The notes beneath the pieces were generated by a model. That model ran no database searches, was not told the DNA's origin, and saw nothing but the letters and a program-made list of their open reading frames with translations. Made by a program: the position numbers and the translations under genes. Positions 13,679 through 27,352 of a stretch of DNA of 64,000 bases are shown here, piece after piece; the stretch's first letter is position 1; every line of letters starts with the position of its first letter. Source of the stretch: Paraspadella gotoi (Eukaryota; Animalia; Chaetognatha); the NCBI GenBank assembly GCA_051294375.1, contig CM119268.1, positions 11,366,200 through 11,430,199 of the forward strand, read 5' to 3'.

Positions 13679-15155
13679 GTCTGTTGTCTCAATTACTTTC
13701 TCTACCTTTCTCACTATTCAAGTTGTGCTTTCTATCATCTTTTTGCAATGATTAATCCCAAACTTTTAAAACTAACGTAACTAAAACCACGTCAATTTAG
13801 AAAGTGGAATCGTAATTTTAAGAATTATTATTTATTACTACCTATTAGTACGTAATTACGTATTATCCGAAGAAGAAACGTAAGAAAACCTTACAATGAC
13901 ACTTACTTCGGTATGTACTTTATGAGAAGCTCCTTTGACCTGGAGCTTCTCTGTTGTGTTAATCTTAATGAGAGTGAGCGGCATACGCCAGTGGGTCGAA
14001 CGGACGGACATCGACAGACGGACATTACGTGATTACGACGCAACTCGATCGTTAAAACTCGTCTTTTCTTTTTTCTTCTTTTGCCACAAAACATTTTTTT
14101 TTGTCTTCGAAAAATGCAAATGAGCGAAAGAGGAAAAAAAAAGCGAGGAAGGCGGGACGGCGCTATTGAATAGCGTTTTGCGCGCATTTTGCCGCGGACG
14201 GTAAATGCGCGCGAGTGAATGGAAACGTGCAAAAGTGTGAATCGAAACACGCGAAAAGCAAAATGCGCAGGGAAAATGCGCGGGCGCTAATGATTTCCGA
14301 CGAAAGATCGGGCGCGAATCTGGTTTTTAAATCGGCATCGTTTGCCGGGCGCGGGGAAAGAAAATTAAAGGAAAGACTCAGGTAAAGAAAAAAAAAATAA
14401 AATAAAAGAGAGAAAAAGAGAGGCAAAGAAACTCTGGGGAAAGAAAAAAAAATGTAAATGAGAAACTAACGGAGTAGAAGAAAGCGATTAGGGAAATAAA
14501 TCATAGCCATGGGAAAGAAAAGCAAAAGAAAATAAAATAAACTTATATTGAAAAGCGAAAAGCGAGAAGCATCAATGAATTTAGGTAAAACAGAAACAGA
14601 AAAAAACTACATGATATATAAATGAAACAAAAAGGAAAAAAAATGATCTTTTTATGTACAAGCAACGAAAATCTCTTTCTCAATCGCTTTGTCGATTTGA
14701 CTCTCTACCCTCATTTCTAAATCAAAACGATGCCGTCTTTTTTTCCGATTCATTTGCGCAGGAAATTCGATTTTCCCTTTCTCTATTTGTTTTCTCTTCG
14801 GATTTTTTTGACAAGACATTTTTAAGCCTTGAAAAAGTTTTACAGTTGTACAAATATTGTAGTTTTCATCAGTTATTCAATAATTAAGTTATATTAAGTT
14901 ATAAGTTAAGTTATGAGTAATAATTCATGTATTAATCATTCCCCATTCTATTCAAACTCTCTCTTTTACTCCACTCGCCTGATTCCCCCCCCCCCCAAAT
15001 TCTCACTTGAAAGTGAAGAGGACGTTGGTCTCCGTCGGCAGGACGGCGAGAATGTCGACGAGCGCGTGGGAGGAAGGGGCGTCGCCGAAACGCACGGCGT
15101 CGGCGACAACGGAGCGCGGCGTCGGTGCGCGGCAGTGGTGATCGTGGGTCGGAAT
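8896..15155 (-). CDS. Two laminin G domains resembling laminin-alpha LG4-LG5 (C-terminal exons)
   Basis: Exons at about 15155-15007, 13472-13298, 12875-12714, 10165-10009, 9772-9640, 9522-9437, 9346-9164 and 9063-8896 encode VRFGDAPSSH, FKLRTFHPNGLL, IADGLWHEV, FKGCLKDF, GFHFDGG, LCDGRWHHV, FEGCIRDV and GFCPEDR*. Confidence 0.85.
12290..12545 (+). repeat. Dispersed repeat family A, copy 1
   Basis: The string attatccattcatttaataaataagctatcttgtccctgactttg...cttacaagataat recurs at about 25450-25705, 35275-35390 and, inverted, 38655-38818. Confidence 0.8.
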
Positions 15156-16621
15156 CTGAGGGGATCGATTGATTCATCAATATTTGACTTATCAATTTTA
15201 ATTTGTATTTTAAGATAATAGAAGATGGAAATTGATAATTATAATTATTATCATATGATAAACAGAAAAATAAATTACAATTAGATGGAGAAATGGCGTC
15301 CAGGAGTTTTTTAAAAAAACCATTAGCAACATCAAAATCTTAAAAACCAATGATATATTTCAAAATTTGCGTGACCCCTTTTCGATTTGCCGTGACCTTG
15401 GATTTTTCTTGAACCCTGCCTATGCCCAAAACCGAATGGCCTTTTTTTTAATCCTCATCCGGATTAAAGTTTCAACCAAAACTGGTCCCGTTTTTCTCTC
15501 ATTTTTCACCCCGGCTTACGATTTCTTCACCCTCCACCCTACTGTCTTTTATCGTTCTCACCTTTGCCCCGCCATAGTTTGTCTTCATATTTCTTTTCAA
15601 AAACGTCTCGTTCACATGACCCAAGCCTTACCCTTATCCAAGGTGACCCTCTTTCCTCACCTTATTCTCGCCCGTCATTCAGTTTCCCTCAAGTGATGTT
15701 GCTCTTCCCTCCTTTCTTCCCTTCAACATTTTTCGTCTTCCGTCGGGTTAACGTGTTTTTTTTCCCGGTCTTTCTCGTCAAAAGTGATCTCTGCTCTCAC
15801 CAGTCACCTCACTCATTCTCATGATACTGTCGGTCACGGCCGTTCAATGTCTCTTCACAAAACTAATTCACTTCTAATGCAATCTCCCTCAGTAGTCACC
15901 AAAACTCATCAATTCCTCAACTCTTAACCAGAGACCCTGTCGTAAAACGCCACTGACTGCAATCAGACTCATCAGTCTCCATTTCAACTTCCACCATCTC
16001 CAACCCCCATGCCCTCCTTTTCTTCTCTCACGGATCACTCTTTCTCACTTATTTCACTCGCATCCAGTTCTCTCACGATTCTCTTCGTCTCCTCCCTCCT
16101 TCCCCTTCTTCCGCGAGATGGCATCTCCCTCTCTCGCCTCGGATCCAATCAGGAATGCGGCTGCGGCGGCGGCGGCGGCGGCGGAGTCGGTGGCGTCGCG
16201 ATTACGACTCCCGCGCGGCCGCCTGACCCACTGACCGACGAGGCGACGGCGGCGCGATCACTCTCCACCGGTTTTTCTCGGGACGCGTTCGTTGGCGCGG
16301 ATTCGACCGATGCGCGAGACCCCGCGAGCGTCGGCCGAACGACCGACACGCGACTTAGAAGTTCTCGCTCTTTGTCGGTCGCGTCGGTTTGGAAAAAAAC
16401 TCCGGTAGTTCGAGTCCATCTATCGGTCGGTAATAACATTCGCCGGTCGGTCATAGAGACTTTAGTAGGTTGTTTACAAGGTTCGGGCGTCGTAGAACTA
16501 TTTTTTCACCTGGAAAGAATCCGTAAGTCTTGCGTAAAAAGTTTTAAGATATTTTTGGTGAAGGTGAAAACTTTTATGGTCACTGACAAATAGTAGGAGA
16601 GAGAGAGAGAGAGGAGAGAGA

Positions 16622-16665
<44 letters not shown>

Positions 16666-19600
16666 AGAGGAGAGAGAGAGAGAAAGGGGAATATATAACG
16701 AGTCAATTCTCTCCCCTCTTAAAACGCTCGAGGCGAGACCAATTTTCTTCCACCGGATTTCCGAAAGACGCCTCATAAAATTTGGCGCCGAGCGACGTCA
16801 ACGCTTACGATGACGACGCTGCCGACGAAGATCGTCGACGCTGCCCGTGGTGGGCTGCCGACGCGGCCTTGCCGACCGGAAAATGGCGCCGATTGATGAC
16901 CGGAAAGGGCGCCGACGCCGACGCGGAAGGCGTCGGCGACCGAAGACCATAAGCGAGGAAATCGCGAACCCGGAAGAAAATGGGGGGAGAATAAGGGTCG
17001 AATGGCCATCTGAAATATTGTGTTTTGTAACCCTGGCTCAAGTAAAAAGAAATGACATCAATGTCAATGAGAAGATTGATGGCAAAAGAGATTATAGTTT
17101 TTTTTTTCGAACTCAACCATATAACGAGGCAGAGGTTATTAATGTTAAATGATAGATAATAGAACTGTGAGACTCGACGCGGAAAATTATATCATTAAAG
17201 GTGTTGAGGGAGAAATAAATAACGAGATTCCGAAGGATGAAATCGAGGTTTCGCCAAAAACGATTCGACCAGAAAGAATCTCGGAAGTTGGAACGAGGAG
17301 CGCAAAAGAGGCGCGAACACCAAATCAAAGGCGCCAACTAACGATTTCTCCTGAAAGAGTTGGCGCCTGAAACGCGACGTCAACCGGAAACGATGGGGAA
17401 AAATCTTTTGTCGAAAACCCGGTACCAAAGAGGCGCCGATCGTAATTTCTTTTTTTTCTGGCAGCGAGAAACACAATGGAGCTTCGATTCCATGGAAAAC
17501 TCGTCCTTTGAGGCAGAAAAAGGGCTTTGTGAGAAAGTTCTCGTCTCGTTCTTGTCTAGGGTAAATATTAGCGATTTCTGGAGAATTAGAGGAGTTTTGT
17601 TTTGGTATTTTTATTTTGACTTTCACTTAATTAATGTGCTAAAAACGAAAAAAATGTGCATAACGAAATAAATATTCAAAATAGGCAATACTATTTACTC
17701 ATAATGTATTTCTCTTCAAGGCAAGCTTCTTCAAAGCTCACTGGCAACGAGGCTCGTTTCCATTATGCAAACAGAGGTAAACAGAAGTCTATCTCAGCCC
17801 GGCAACGCCATTCGGATCCCTGCAACTCTTTCCCAACCTTGGAACCTTCCTAATTATGATGCGGTGGCAGTTTTGGCCGTGAATACTGCTACCCCATTCG
17901 ATATATAGGAATCTGTCCGAGCGATAATCGATCACTTTGGAACAGTTTCGAACGGACCTCATTTCTCCCAAACATTTACTTCCCAGAGAGTCATGATCGA
18001 CCTCCTTTCTTTCCTTTGTTCCCCTCGAACTGACCAGCTTTTATGGGGGCGGGGAGAAAGCAAAGCTTCATTTTGGGCCCCACCCTCATCCTCTTCGTTC
18101 TCTGCCAAACCACCCAAACCAAACTCCCGTTTCTCTCTTTTCTCGTCCGAAACAAATATTGACTTGACCCAAATTCCATTCTAAGCCAAATTGTGTTATT
18201 TTTCAATGACGAAAATGAAAAGATACTGAGATGAAAAACCGCGCGAGCGGAAATAGTAGCCCATGTTTTTTTTTATGTTGAGGTTTACATCCCTTATTTT
18301 TTTATTCAATCTATTTCTTATCGACTAAAGGCGACATTTACTCTTTTTACCAAATTCTGATTTGCATATTGCATTTTAAAGAATTTTAAAGAATATAATA
18401 TTTGTATTATTCGATTAAATATTTTTTTTAAATTTACAAACAATTATCCACTTAGGAATAGGATATTTTATATTTTGTTTCAACTTAAAAACTTTAGTTG
18501 TTATAATTAATTAAGCGAGTTTGCTATATGGCGTAGCTCTTTTAAGACTGGATATTCTCATGCGGCCATGCCTTCTTGTAGAAGCCGTTTTTTTCCCCGT
18601 AGAAGCTAACTAGCGACTTCCAACTACGAGCCTGTTTTTCACTGACGATGAACCGTTGACCTCTTAGGCCGCGATGCTGTAAGGAATGAGCGCGACAAAT
18701 CTTTCGACGGCGGATCGGATCTTCTGTGTCGACCTTCGCCCGAACCTTGACCCTTCACTGTGATACCGAGTTCGCGTGGCTCGTGAAACCAACCGGGCTT
18801 TATCGCGAAAGTTAAACGACCGACACGAGGCAGCGGAAAAGACGACAATGTTGGACCGAAGACGACGACGACGGCAACCAAGAAAAAAAAAAAAAAAGAC
18901 GACAAAATCTTGATCAATGGATGCAAAAAAAATAAGGACATATAACAAAACAACAAATACAAAAAGAAAATTAATGAAGATGGACTTATTATGATATTAT
19001 AGGATCTCAACGCTCTCAGGCAAAAATCAAAATTTTTGGTCTATTGTAGTAAGTGGCCAGTGGCCACAGTCAAGTTCTTGTGCCGCATTAAAACCGGTCA
19101 CAGTCAGCCAGAATCATTCTGCGATGCCGACTACAGTCGGTCACAATCGTTCGGCGCGCGAGAGGTCGAAGAAAAGACGAGTCAGTAAATAATCGCGAAC
19201 GCGGAAGACAATTACGGATTGACAGGGCGCGGGGAGAAGGGGACAGAGGGGGTACGGGGGGAGAAAGATCGGGAGGAGGGTTTTGGCGAAAGAGGAAGAC
19301 GGGAGGAGGGGGGGGGAATCTGATGAAAGACGGGGGTGGATTGAGAGGGGGGTGCAAGAGATGGCGAGGAGGAGAAAGAGGACGAGCGATCCGCGGATTC
19401 GGGGGTTTGATTAACATCCCTCGCGACACCTTGATTGATGTACGGAGAGGACATTAAGGTGATGAGCAGGTGAGACTGAGTTTGGGTCGGGATCGCGGAA
19501 GGATTTGTGGTCCTCTCTCCGGTCGAGAGAAGAAAAGGACTGATTCGAGGGATGGTCGTTGGAGAAGAAAGGGTGATAGGGTGATATGATGTCGACCTGT

Positions 19601-19825
19601 GATACTTCTTATAGAAACAAAAGGGTAACGAGAGAGAAAGAGGCACTCGGAATACTCATCTTAGCTAAATTTAGAAAGTCCCTTTAAAAATTAATTAATA
19701 TCAAAGTCAATCAATATAATAGTGTTTCTGTACGTATTAGTCTGTCTGGCTGTCTTTTTTCTTTCTTTCTTTCTTCTTTCTTTCTTTCTTTCTTTCTTCT
19801 TTCTTTCTTTCTTTCTTCTTTCTTT

Positions 19826-19862
<37 letters not shown>

Positions 19863-19955
19863 TCATCCAACATTCCTCTCACATTCCCACTCGAAATCCC
19901 AGTCACGAGCCTCGTTTAGCGATAACAACTCATCACTTCCGAGGAGAAGCCTCGC

Positions 19956-20053
<98 letters not shown>

Positions 20054-20281
20054 CCGCAAACTTATCTCGACTTCCTTGATTAATGACCTCGGAATCCATT
20101 CTTTCCATTTTAATTTTATTCCATTAAGTTTCGATTTTCTTCATATTTTGGTCACGTGATTAACTCCTTTGCTTTATAAACCGGAATGTGATGAAGAAAT
20201 AAATGTACATATATATAAACATAATGTAACATTGAGTTAACGAGGCGATTTTTTGGGGGGGTTTTTCAAATTGAAACTTAC

Positions 20282-23200
20282 CTCTTCTTCCTCTTCCACA
20301 GCAGCAATGAGTTTGGCAACGTCTCGATTCCATCTCGGTTTGGGTGAGTTTTGGGTGAGTAATGTGTTTCGGTCTTGGTACCGGGTCAAAGGCCAATCAA
20401 TATCCACGCTTTGAAAGGAAAAAGAAAGAACAAAGAAGATGTTAAGCTCGCGACACAGAAACAATTTCCATGACGACCCGTAAACGAAACCCGTTTTCCT
20501 CAATCGCTGAAACCATTCCTCTAAATATTTCCAACCTCATTTTTCATTTTCACTCTGCGCTTTTTCAATTTTCGTTTCGTCTCGTGAAACGAAACGACAG
20601 TCGATTCACGACTTAACGGCTCCTCGTTTTCATCTTTTCATCAAATTTTCTCCATTCAACTTTTTTGTCTTCTTTTATCTTATATTCTAATATTATAACA
20701 TTTCTACGCTTTTTTTGCTTTTCTATTCTTTGTTAATTTTAACTCTCGGTATCATAATTGAAATACTAGATACCCCGTGAGCCAAAACGGATGATACGAA
20801 AGAAAAATTAATTATACGTAAACTATACGCCAATAATAAAAATTTATAACACCAATTGAAAGAAAAATCATTGACGTTTTTAAAAAGTTCAAAACATTGC
20901 TTAAAAACGTTTTAAAACATTCTCAAAATGCTATCAAAGCCAGTACAAAAAACTTGGCATCACTAGAAAAAATTCTTCTTCATGAAGCAAAAAACCTTGT
21001 CGAAAAGCAGCTCTAATTTTTTATCAATACAAAAGTCGAATGCTCAATTGCTCATAACAACTTTGGTTTCTGCTTACAGACCTTTCTCGTTCTAAATCAC
21101 CAAAAACAAAAAAATAAAATTTTATAGGTTGGAACCTCGGGATAGCTATTTGAATAAAGTCTGGATCTTCATTCTCTCAGGAACCAAAAGGTTTATGGAC
21201 TTAATAGTGGGCAAAAAAACACCAATATATCTATAACACTGCCCTAAAAACTTAATACAAAATTGTTCATTGTACTCGATTTTTAACAAATACAATTTGC
21301 CGACAATTTGGAGATTTTATCATCTTTGTGAGAAAATAGATTTGAAGTTGTTAATGATAATTGATTAGAATAAAATTTATACACAAAATTTATAATTTAA
21401 CAAAATTTGAGTAAGTCTATCTCAACTCAATAAAGTACGGCAGTGGTTTCTTTCTTATCATCGGATTTGGCTCACGGGGTAGATAAGAAGAAGCCCTTAA
21501 TTTTTATGTTGCCTCATTTGTAAATGTTCTGGTAGCAATAAATTATCGTTCAAAGACAAAAATGAAGTCATTATTTAATCCCAGTGATTATTCTGAATCT
21601 AAATAATTATTGAAAGATTGAATAAGAAAGGCATTAGCAGTTTCAAAGCTTGAATAAGGAAGAGTCAAGCAGAAAGAAAGACATTTGCAGTTTCAAAGAT
21701 TGAATAAAGAAGAGTCAAGCAGAAAGAAAGACATTTGCAGTTTCAAAGATTGAATAAAGAAGAGCGGAGTGGAAAGTGGAACTCGTTAAAAACATTTCGC
21801 AAAGTCAAAGAGATAAAGTTCACAATGGAGAGGATAACGAGAAGGAGGGGACGAGGTGATTGTCTCTGAGGAGGAGGGGGAAAAAGAGGAGGAAGAGGAG
21901 AAGTGAGAATCGTTACACGGGACCCTTTGAAGACTGAGAGGATGAGGAGGATGAAGGCGAGAGGAGGAGGAGGAAGAAGAGCAGGAGTGGGTGATGAAAC
22001 CGAGGAATGGGTGAACGTGGCGTCTGCGGCGGCGTCAGCGGCATCTGCGGCGGCGGCGGTGGTCGTGGAATGCGGTGCATGACAATGGAGTCGAGGAAAG
22101 GAAGTGTTGGGGTCGCTTGGTGAGAAAGGATGAGGTGAGGAAGAGGAAGAACCGAGAGAGACGGTGAGGATCGAAAACTCGAAGTTATCGTTAGAGATTA
22201 AGACAAAGAAAAAAGGATTAATTGGCTGCCATTTTGTAAACCTGTTTATTAAAGGCAAAAAGAATCTTAATCAAATAAATGTATATTTATACTCTTATAA
22301 GTAACATAGTAACGGATGCCGAAAATAAAATATATTAAAACTAATGTGAAGCTGATTCTCGCTTGCTTTAGTTTTCACCTTACGTTTTTCAAACTTTTTA
22401 TAACTTTTACTTATATGGCAATCCTTTTTTTTATAACAACTTCTTCAAACTTCACCTCCACATTCGTAACCTCTCTCATCGCAAAAATTGTCGTGTTCTC
22501 ACGAGTTCGCATTCAGAGTTCACCGACATTTTTCACGCGGAACCGTCTCAACCCCTCAACCCCGGATTTCTCATTTTTCAAAAATCTTCACTCGTAACTT
22601 TTTATATCGTCGAGTTTCTTCTTTTCGCGATCGCGTTTCCTCTGAGCAATTTCGATTCCTTCTCTTTTTGACTTTGCATCGTCGTTTCATCTCCTTTTTT
22701 CTTTCCTTTACCTTTCGTTTTCCTCCTTTCCGTTTCCTTTTCTTTTCCTTTCTTTCCCGTCCCTTCTCTTTCTTTTAATTTCCTCCTTTTTCTCTTTCAT
22801 TACTTTCCCTTCTCTTTCCTTTTCTTTCATTCCTTTGATTTCCTTTTCCCCCTCATCTTCCCTTTCCTTTTCCTTTCTTATCCTTTTCCCTTCTTTTCAA
22901 AATTTTCCCCCTTTTTTCCCCTTCTTTCCGATTTCTCTACCTCTTTTGCCCTTTTTACTTTGATCTACATTCTCAACCTTTCGGCTTTTAATTCGCCCAG
23001 TTGATTAATTGAGCCGTCACGTCCTGCTCCTTTTATTCCTTACTTTCCTTACCAAGTTTTTCTTTTCTTTTCTTTTCTTTTCTTTTCTTTTCCTACCGAT
23101 GTCTTCTCTCGCCACTTTTCGTCTCCCCCCCCCCCCGCTCACCTTTCCATCATTTGTCTCCCATCGACGATTTCAGCGAAGACGAAATTCGGCCTCGTCG

Positions 23201-26200
23201 TCGTCGTCGTCGTCGTCGTCTCGGCCGGAACCGGAAGTAGCCGCTCGTCGACGTCGAGACGCGAGATGGAATCGCGGGAGGCGAGGAGAGGATCGTGTGA
23301 GGAGAAGGAGGAAGGGAGGGAGGAAGGGAAGGGGAAGGAGTGAAGGGACGAGGAGTGACGCGAGGAGGAGTGAGAGGATTGTGAGAAGTGACGGTCGCGG
23401 TGAGGATGACGTCGGTCATTACGGAATAAGCGTCGCCTGCAAATTGAAGGAGAAAAGAAAAAAAGTGAATGTGAAGACGCGAAGGATACGGGTGAGGAAA
23501 TTTCTCGGTGACTCAGATTTTCAATGGCGGCGGTTTTTTTTTTTCTCTTCTCGTAATTTAAACGGGACAAAAAAAAAATGGTTTATTGTTGATTTCATTT
23601 TTTTTCCCCCTTCGTTCCGTGATTTATATCCGGGAGTTTGTTAACTTGATTCCGTCCGTGGAAATGAATTGCGTTAAGACGCGATGTNNNNNNNNNNGTG
23701 CACCGCGACTTAATCTATTTCATAATGCGAATGAATCTAATTCATATCGTATCGATTTATTACTTTTGAGGCCGCAGCTATGACCAAATTGACCATTGAC
23801 CATGGGCCATCGTTGGTGATTCTTCTTCTAAGGGATCCTCTTTTAAGCAAGAAGAGCTACCAACATCTCCGCGATCATAATAATCACCGTGATCGCCGAT
23901 ATCGTCACGGGATCCGTGAAATTTATCGGATTCGATTCACAGCTAAATCGATCGAGATTGAAAGGCACAAAAGGCGCTCGACGGGGATCGATTATCGACA
24001 TGAAACTTTTTCCCTTTTCGTAGAATTCTCCTGATTCATTTCCAAGAAATGATCAAAAGTGACGACCTGATATCACTACTACAACAACGTCGATTCTGTT
24101 TCGGTTTTGAAACGAACGCTTTCTCATCAGCTCATTTCTATTTTCTTCCCATTCTCAAACTGTGATACTCTCCCCTCGAATTTTTTTTTTTCCGCCTTTA
24201 ATCCTTTCTTTACATTTTCTATTTTCTTTTTATTTCCTCCTCTCTTCTTGTTTGCTCTCTTTCTCTCTCTCTCTCTCTCTCTTTGTCTCACTTCCTCCTC
24301 CCCCCACCCACATTCATTTTTTGTGTGTGTCTCCATCTCTCGGTTCAGCGACGAAGCGAAACAAATGAACCCGACTCCTCGGGGGCGCAGGAAGAGGGGT
24401 AGGAGCAAGGGGGCGCCTGAGGAGACGCTGGCGCCACGGGAGACGCCACCCTTCGTAAACCGGAAGTTAATCATTAACACATCGCTAAAGTTTCGCGCGA
24501 GTCGTTTCGGAGCGCGGGGAAGAAAAGGAGAGAAACAACGAGAAACAAGAACGAGAAACAAGACTTGATTAGAGAAAAAGAGAAACAAGACAAAATAAAG
24601 AGAAATTGTAATGGAAAATGAAGAAATTGAAAAGATAACAAGACGAAAAAAAAAATAAACGGAAGAAAAGAGAAAAGAAAAGAAAAGATAAAACCGAAAA
24701 GAAAGAAAGAAAAAAAAGAAGAAGTGAAACGAGGCGCCGACTCTCGGTGAAAAAAAGAAAACGGTTTGGGAGGGGAGAGTGGGGAAGACGAAGGGAGAGT
24801 GGAGAAGACGAAGGGGGCGTGGCGGAGATAGGAAAGGGAGCGAGGGCATCGAAGGCGACATGTTCAGCGGCGCCTCGATGCCTCGACGCCACGCGCTCGT
24901 CTTCCGGCGACGCATGGATGTCGCCAAACAAGGGAAACGGAAACCGAGAAGGAAATGGGCGTCCGTTTCCGGAATCTCCGCTTCTTTCCGTTTTTTACGC
25001 TTTTTTTTTTTTGTCGCGTTTTACAGTTTTTTCCCTGCTTTTCCTTGAGAGAGAAATAAATTGCGGAGAAAAAATGACATAGTGGACTTTTGGTATGCAA
25101 AGAACTTTAAATGAATTAGAATTATATATAACAACGGGAAACCGCACATCGGTGCGATAAAACCAAAAGCCTCCCTCTTTCTTCCCGCCGTTCACTCGAT
25201 CGACTCTTGACACAGTGAGATCGAACTGGCGCGAAATCGCGCACCATGAAACCGCGCACCATGAAATCTCTCCACTCGCGATCGAACGATTCTCGCTTCG
25301 GGTCTTCGATCGTCACGCTCAGTCGGCGACCGACTTAGGGTTATGAACGACGGGTCATTGGGATGACGACGTCTCTCATTTGTCCGCCGATGTCGGGGAA
25401 ATGCGATGAGAACCTTTCCTTTTTTTATTAAGTATAGGATAAAATCGGTATTGGTCTAATGAAATTGGTACCAAAAAAAAAAAGAACTATTCATTTAATA
25501 AATAAGTTATCTTGCCCCTGACTTTGGAAAGGCGAGAGTGGGTGAATTCCTTCATCCCTCTTACAAGATAATATCGTAGTAGGGCTCTACATTCTACACG
25601 CTTTCAATCAAAACTTTATTTTATTCACTCCCAGAGTACCTGGCTTCTTTATCAATGAAGTACAATATTTCAATGAATGTTTCAATTGTATAAAAAGACC
25701 ATTGCCTTTTACCAAAGACTTAATCCTGCAAGTGCAAGATTCAGCTTGAATTATTTTGATCAATTAAACTAATTGCGGGAGTCAAAAGGTAATGAGAAGC
25801 CACGAGTGGCCCGAAACCGATCAAGAAGACGCCACATTCTTAATATGAATCCACAGAATGGAACGCAACAAATTCTTCTTTAAAGAGACAACCATGATTC
25901 TCTTCCACTCGGGATTCCCCATTTATCTCGATTCATCAATTTCCATTTCGACGTTTCTCTCAGACTCGGGGGCCCTCTTATTTCTCTCGGCCTCAAACGC
26001 GATCGGACTGTAATTGCGCCAGGCATTCTGGCCTAATAACTTCTCCCTAATTAATCCTCTTTTCTTACAGCGCGCGGTTTACTGTTAATCCGTGGGTGAC
26101 TGGGTGTTGTATCTTCGATGCCACCTTCAAGCCGGAATTTTAGTTTCCACTCTCGTCACGTTTTAGTCTCCGCCCAGCAGGATAATCTTCATAACCACCG

Positions 26201-26436
26201 TCACGATTCATAACCAACACCGTCGCAACCACCACCCCGACTACATTCATAAGCAACATCATGTCTCCCCCAGCCCCAGCCCCATCCCTTCAACGCCTTT
26301 ATTCCACTTCTTTCCTTCAACAATCAACCAACTGATAAGAAGATTAAAGGAAAAGGAGACTCGCGCTGGATACAATTGATTCCATCTCAATCTTATCTAC
26401 GCGGCAGGGGGGAGAGGATTCTGCATTCGCGTTCGC

Positions 26437-26511
<75 letters not shown>

Positions 26512-26533
26512 TTCCTCTCTTCTCTTCTTTCTC

Positions 26534-26564
<31 letters not shown>

Positions 26565-26730
26565 CTCTCTCTCTGTCTCTCTCCTCTCTCGTCTCTCTCT
26601 CTTCTCCTCTCTCTTCTTCTACTCTCTCTCTCTCTCTCTCCCTCTGTTTCCTCTCTCTCTCTCTCTCTCTCATCTCTCTCTCTTGTTTCTGCTCTGTCTC
26701 TCTTTTTCTCTCTCTCTCTTCTCCTCTCCT

Positions 26731-26779
<49 letters not shown>

Positions 26780-27303
26780 TTCTCTCTTTGCAGTAATTTT
26801 ATATATTATTATATCGTGAGCTATTTTGGATTTTCTTTCTGTGGTTAGCCCTTTATTGTTGCAAAGAATCTTAAAATCGTACTTTCGTTATTCAGAAAAA
26901 AAAGAAAAAAAAGTAAAACAGCATTTTGACAGATTATTTCGAATCATTTTGCCAGTCAAATAGGAAAAAAGGGAATCAAAGTTGCGATTTCGTTATAATA
27001 CATGTTTACTATGTTAGTAAACGTGCTTCTAATGGAAACCTCTTTCAACGAAGCGCAGGGATGACCTAATTTCTCTTTGATTACGATAGTGAAGTGCTCA
27101 GTCAATTCATAGTAGTTGTAACTTCTAAGATTCGGTTTAATAATTAAACTATTATTCGTTTTTGTTTCAAATTTTTTTCAAGGAAAAAACTAAGTACCCT
27201 CCGTGTCGCTATTTTTCATCATCTCTCGTACTTTTTTTATAGTCTCTATATAAATTTCTCTCTCTCTCTCTCTCTTCTCTCTTCTCTCCTCTCCTCTCCT
27301 CTC

Positions 27304-27352
<49 letters not shown>

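Noticed and set aside
26344-26819. Long ORFs of (RE)n or (SL)n
   Set aside because: Translations of (CT)n microsatellites; the same applies to similar ORFs elsewhere.
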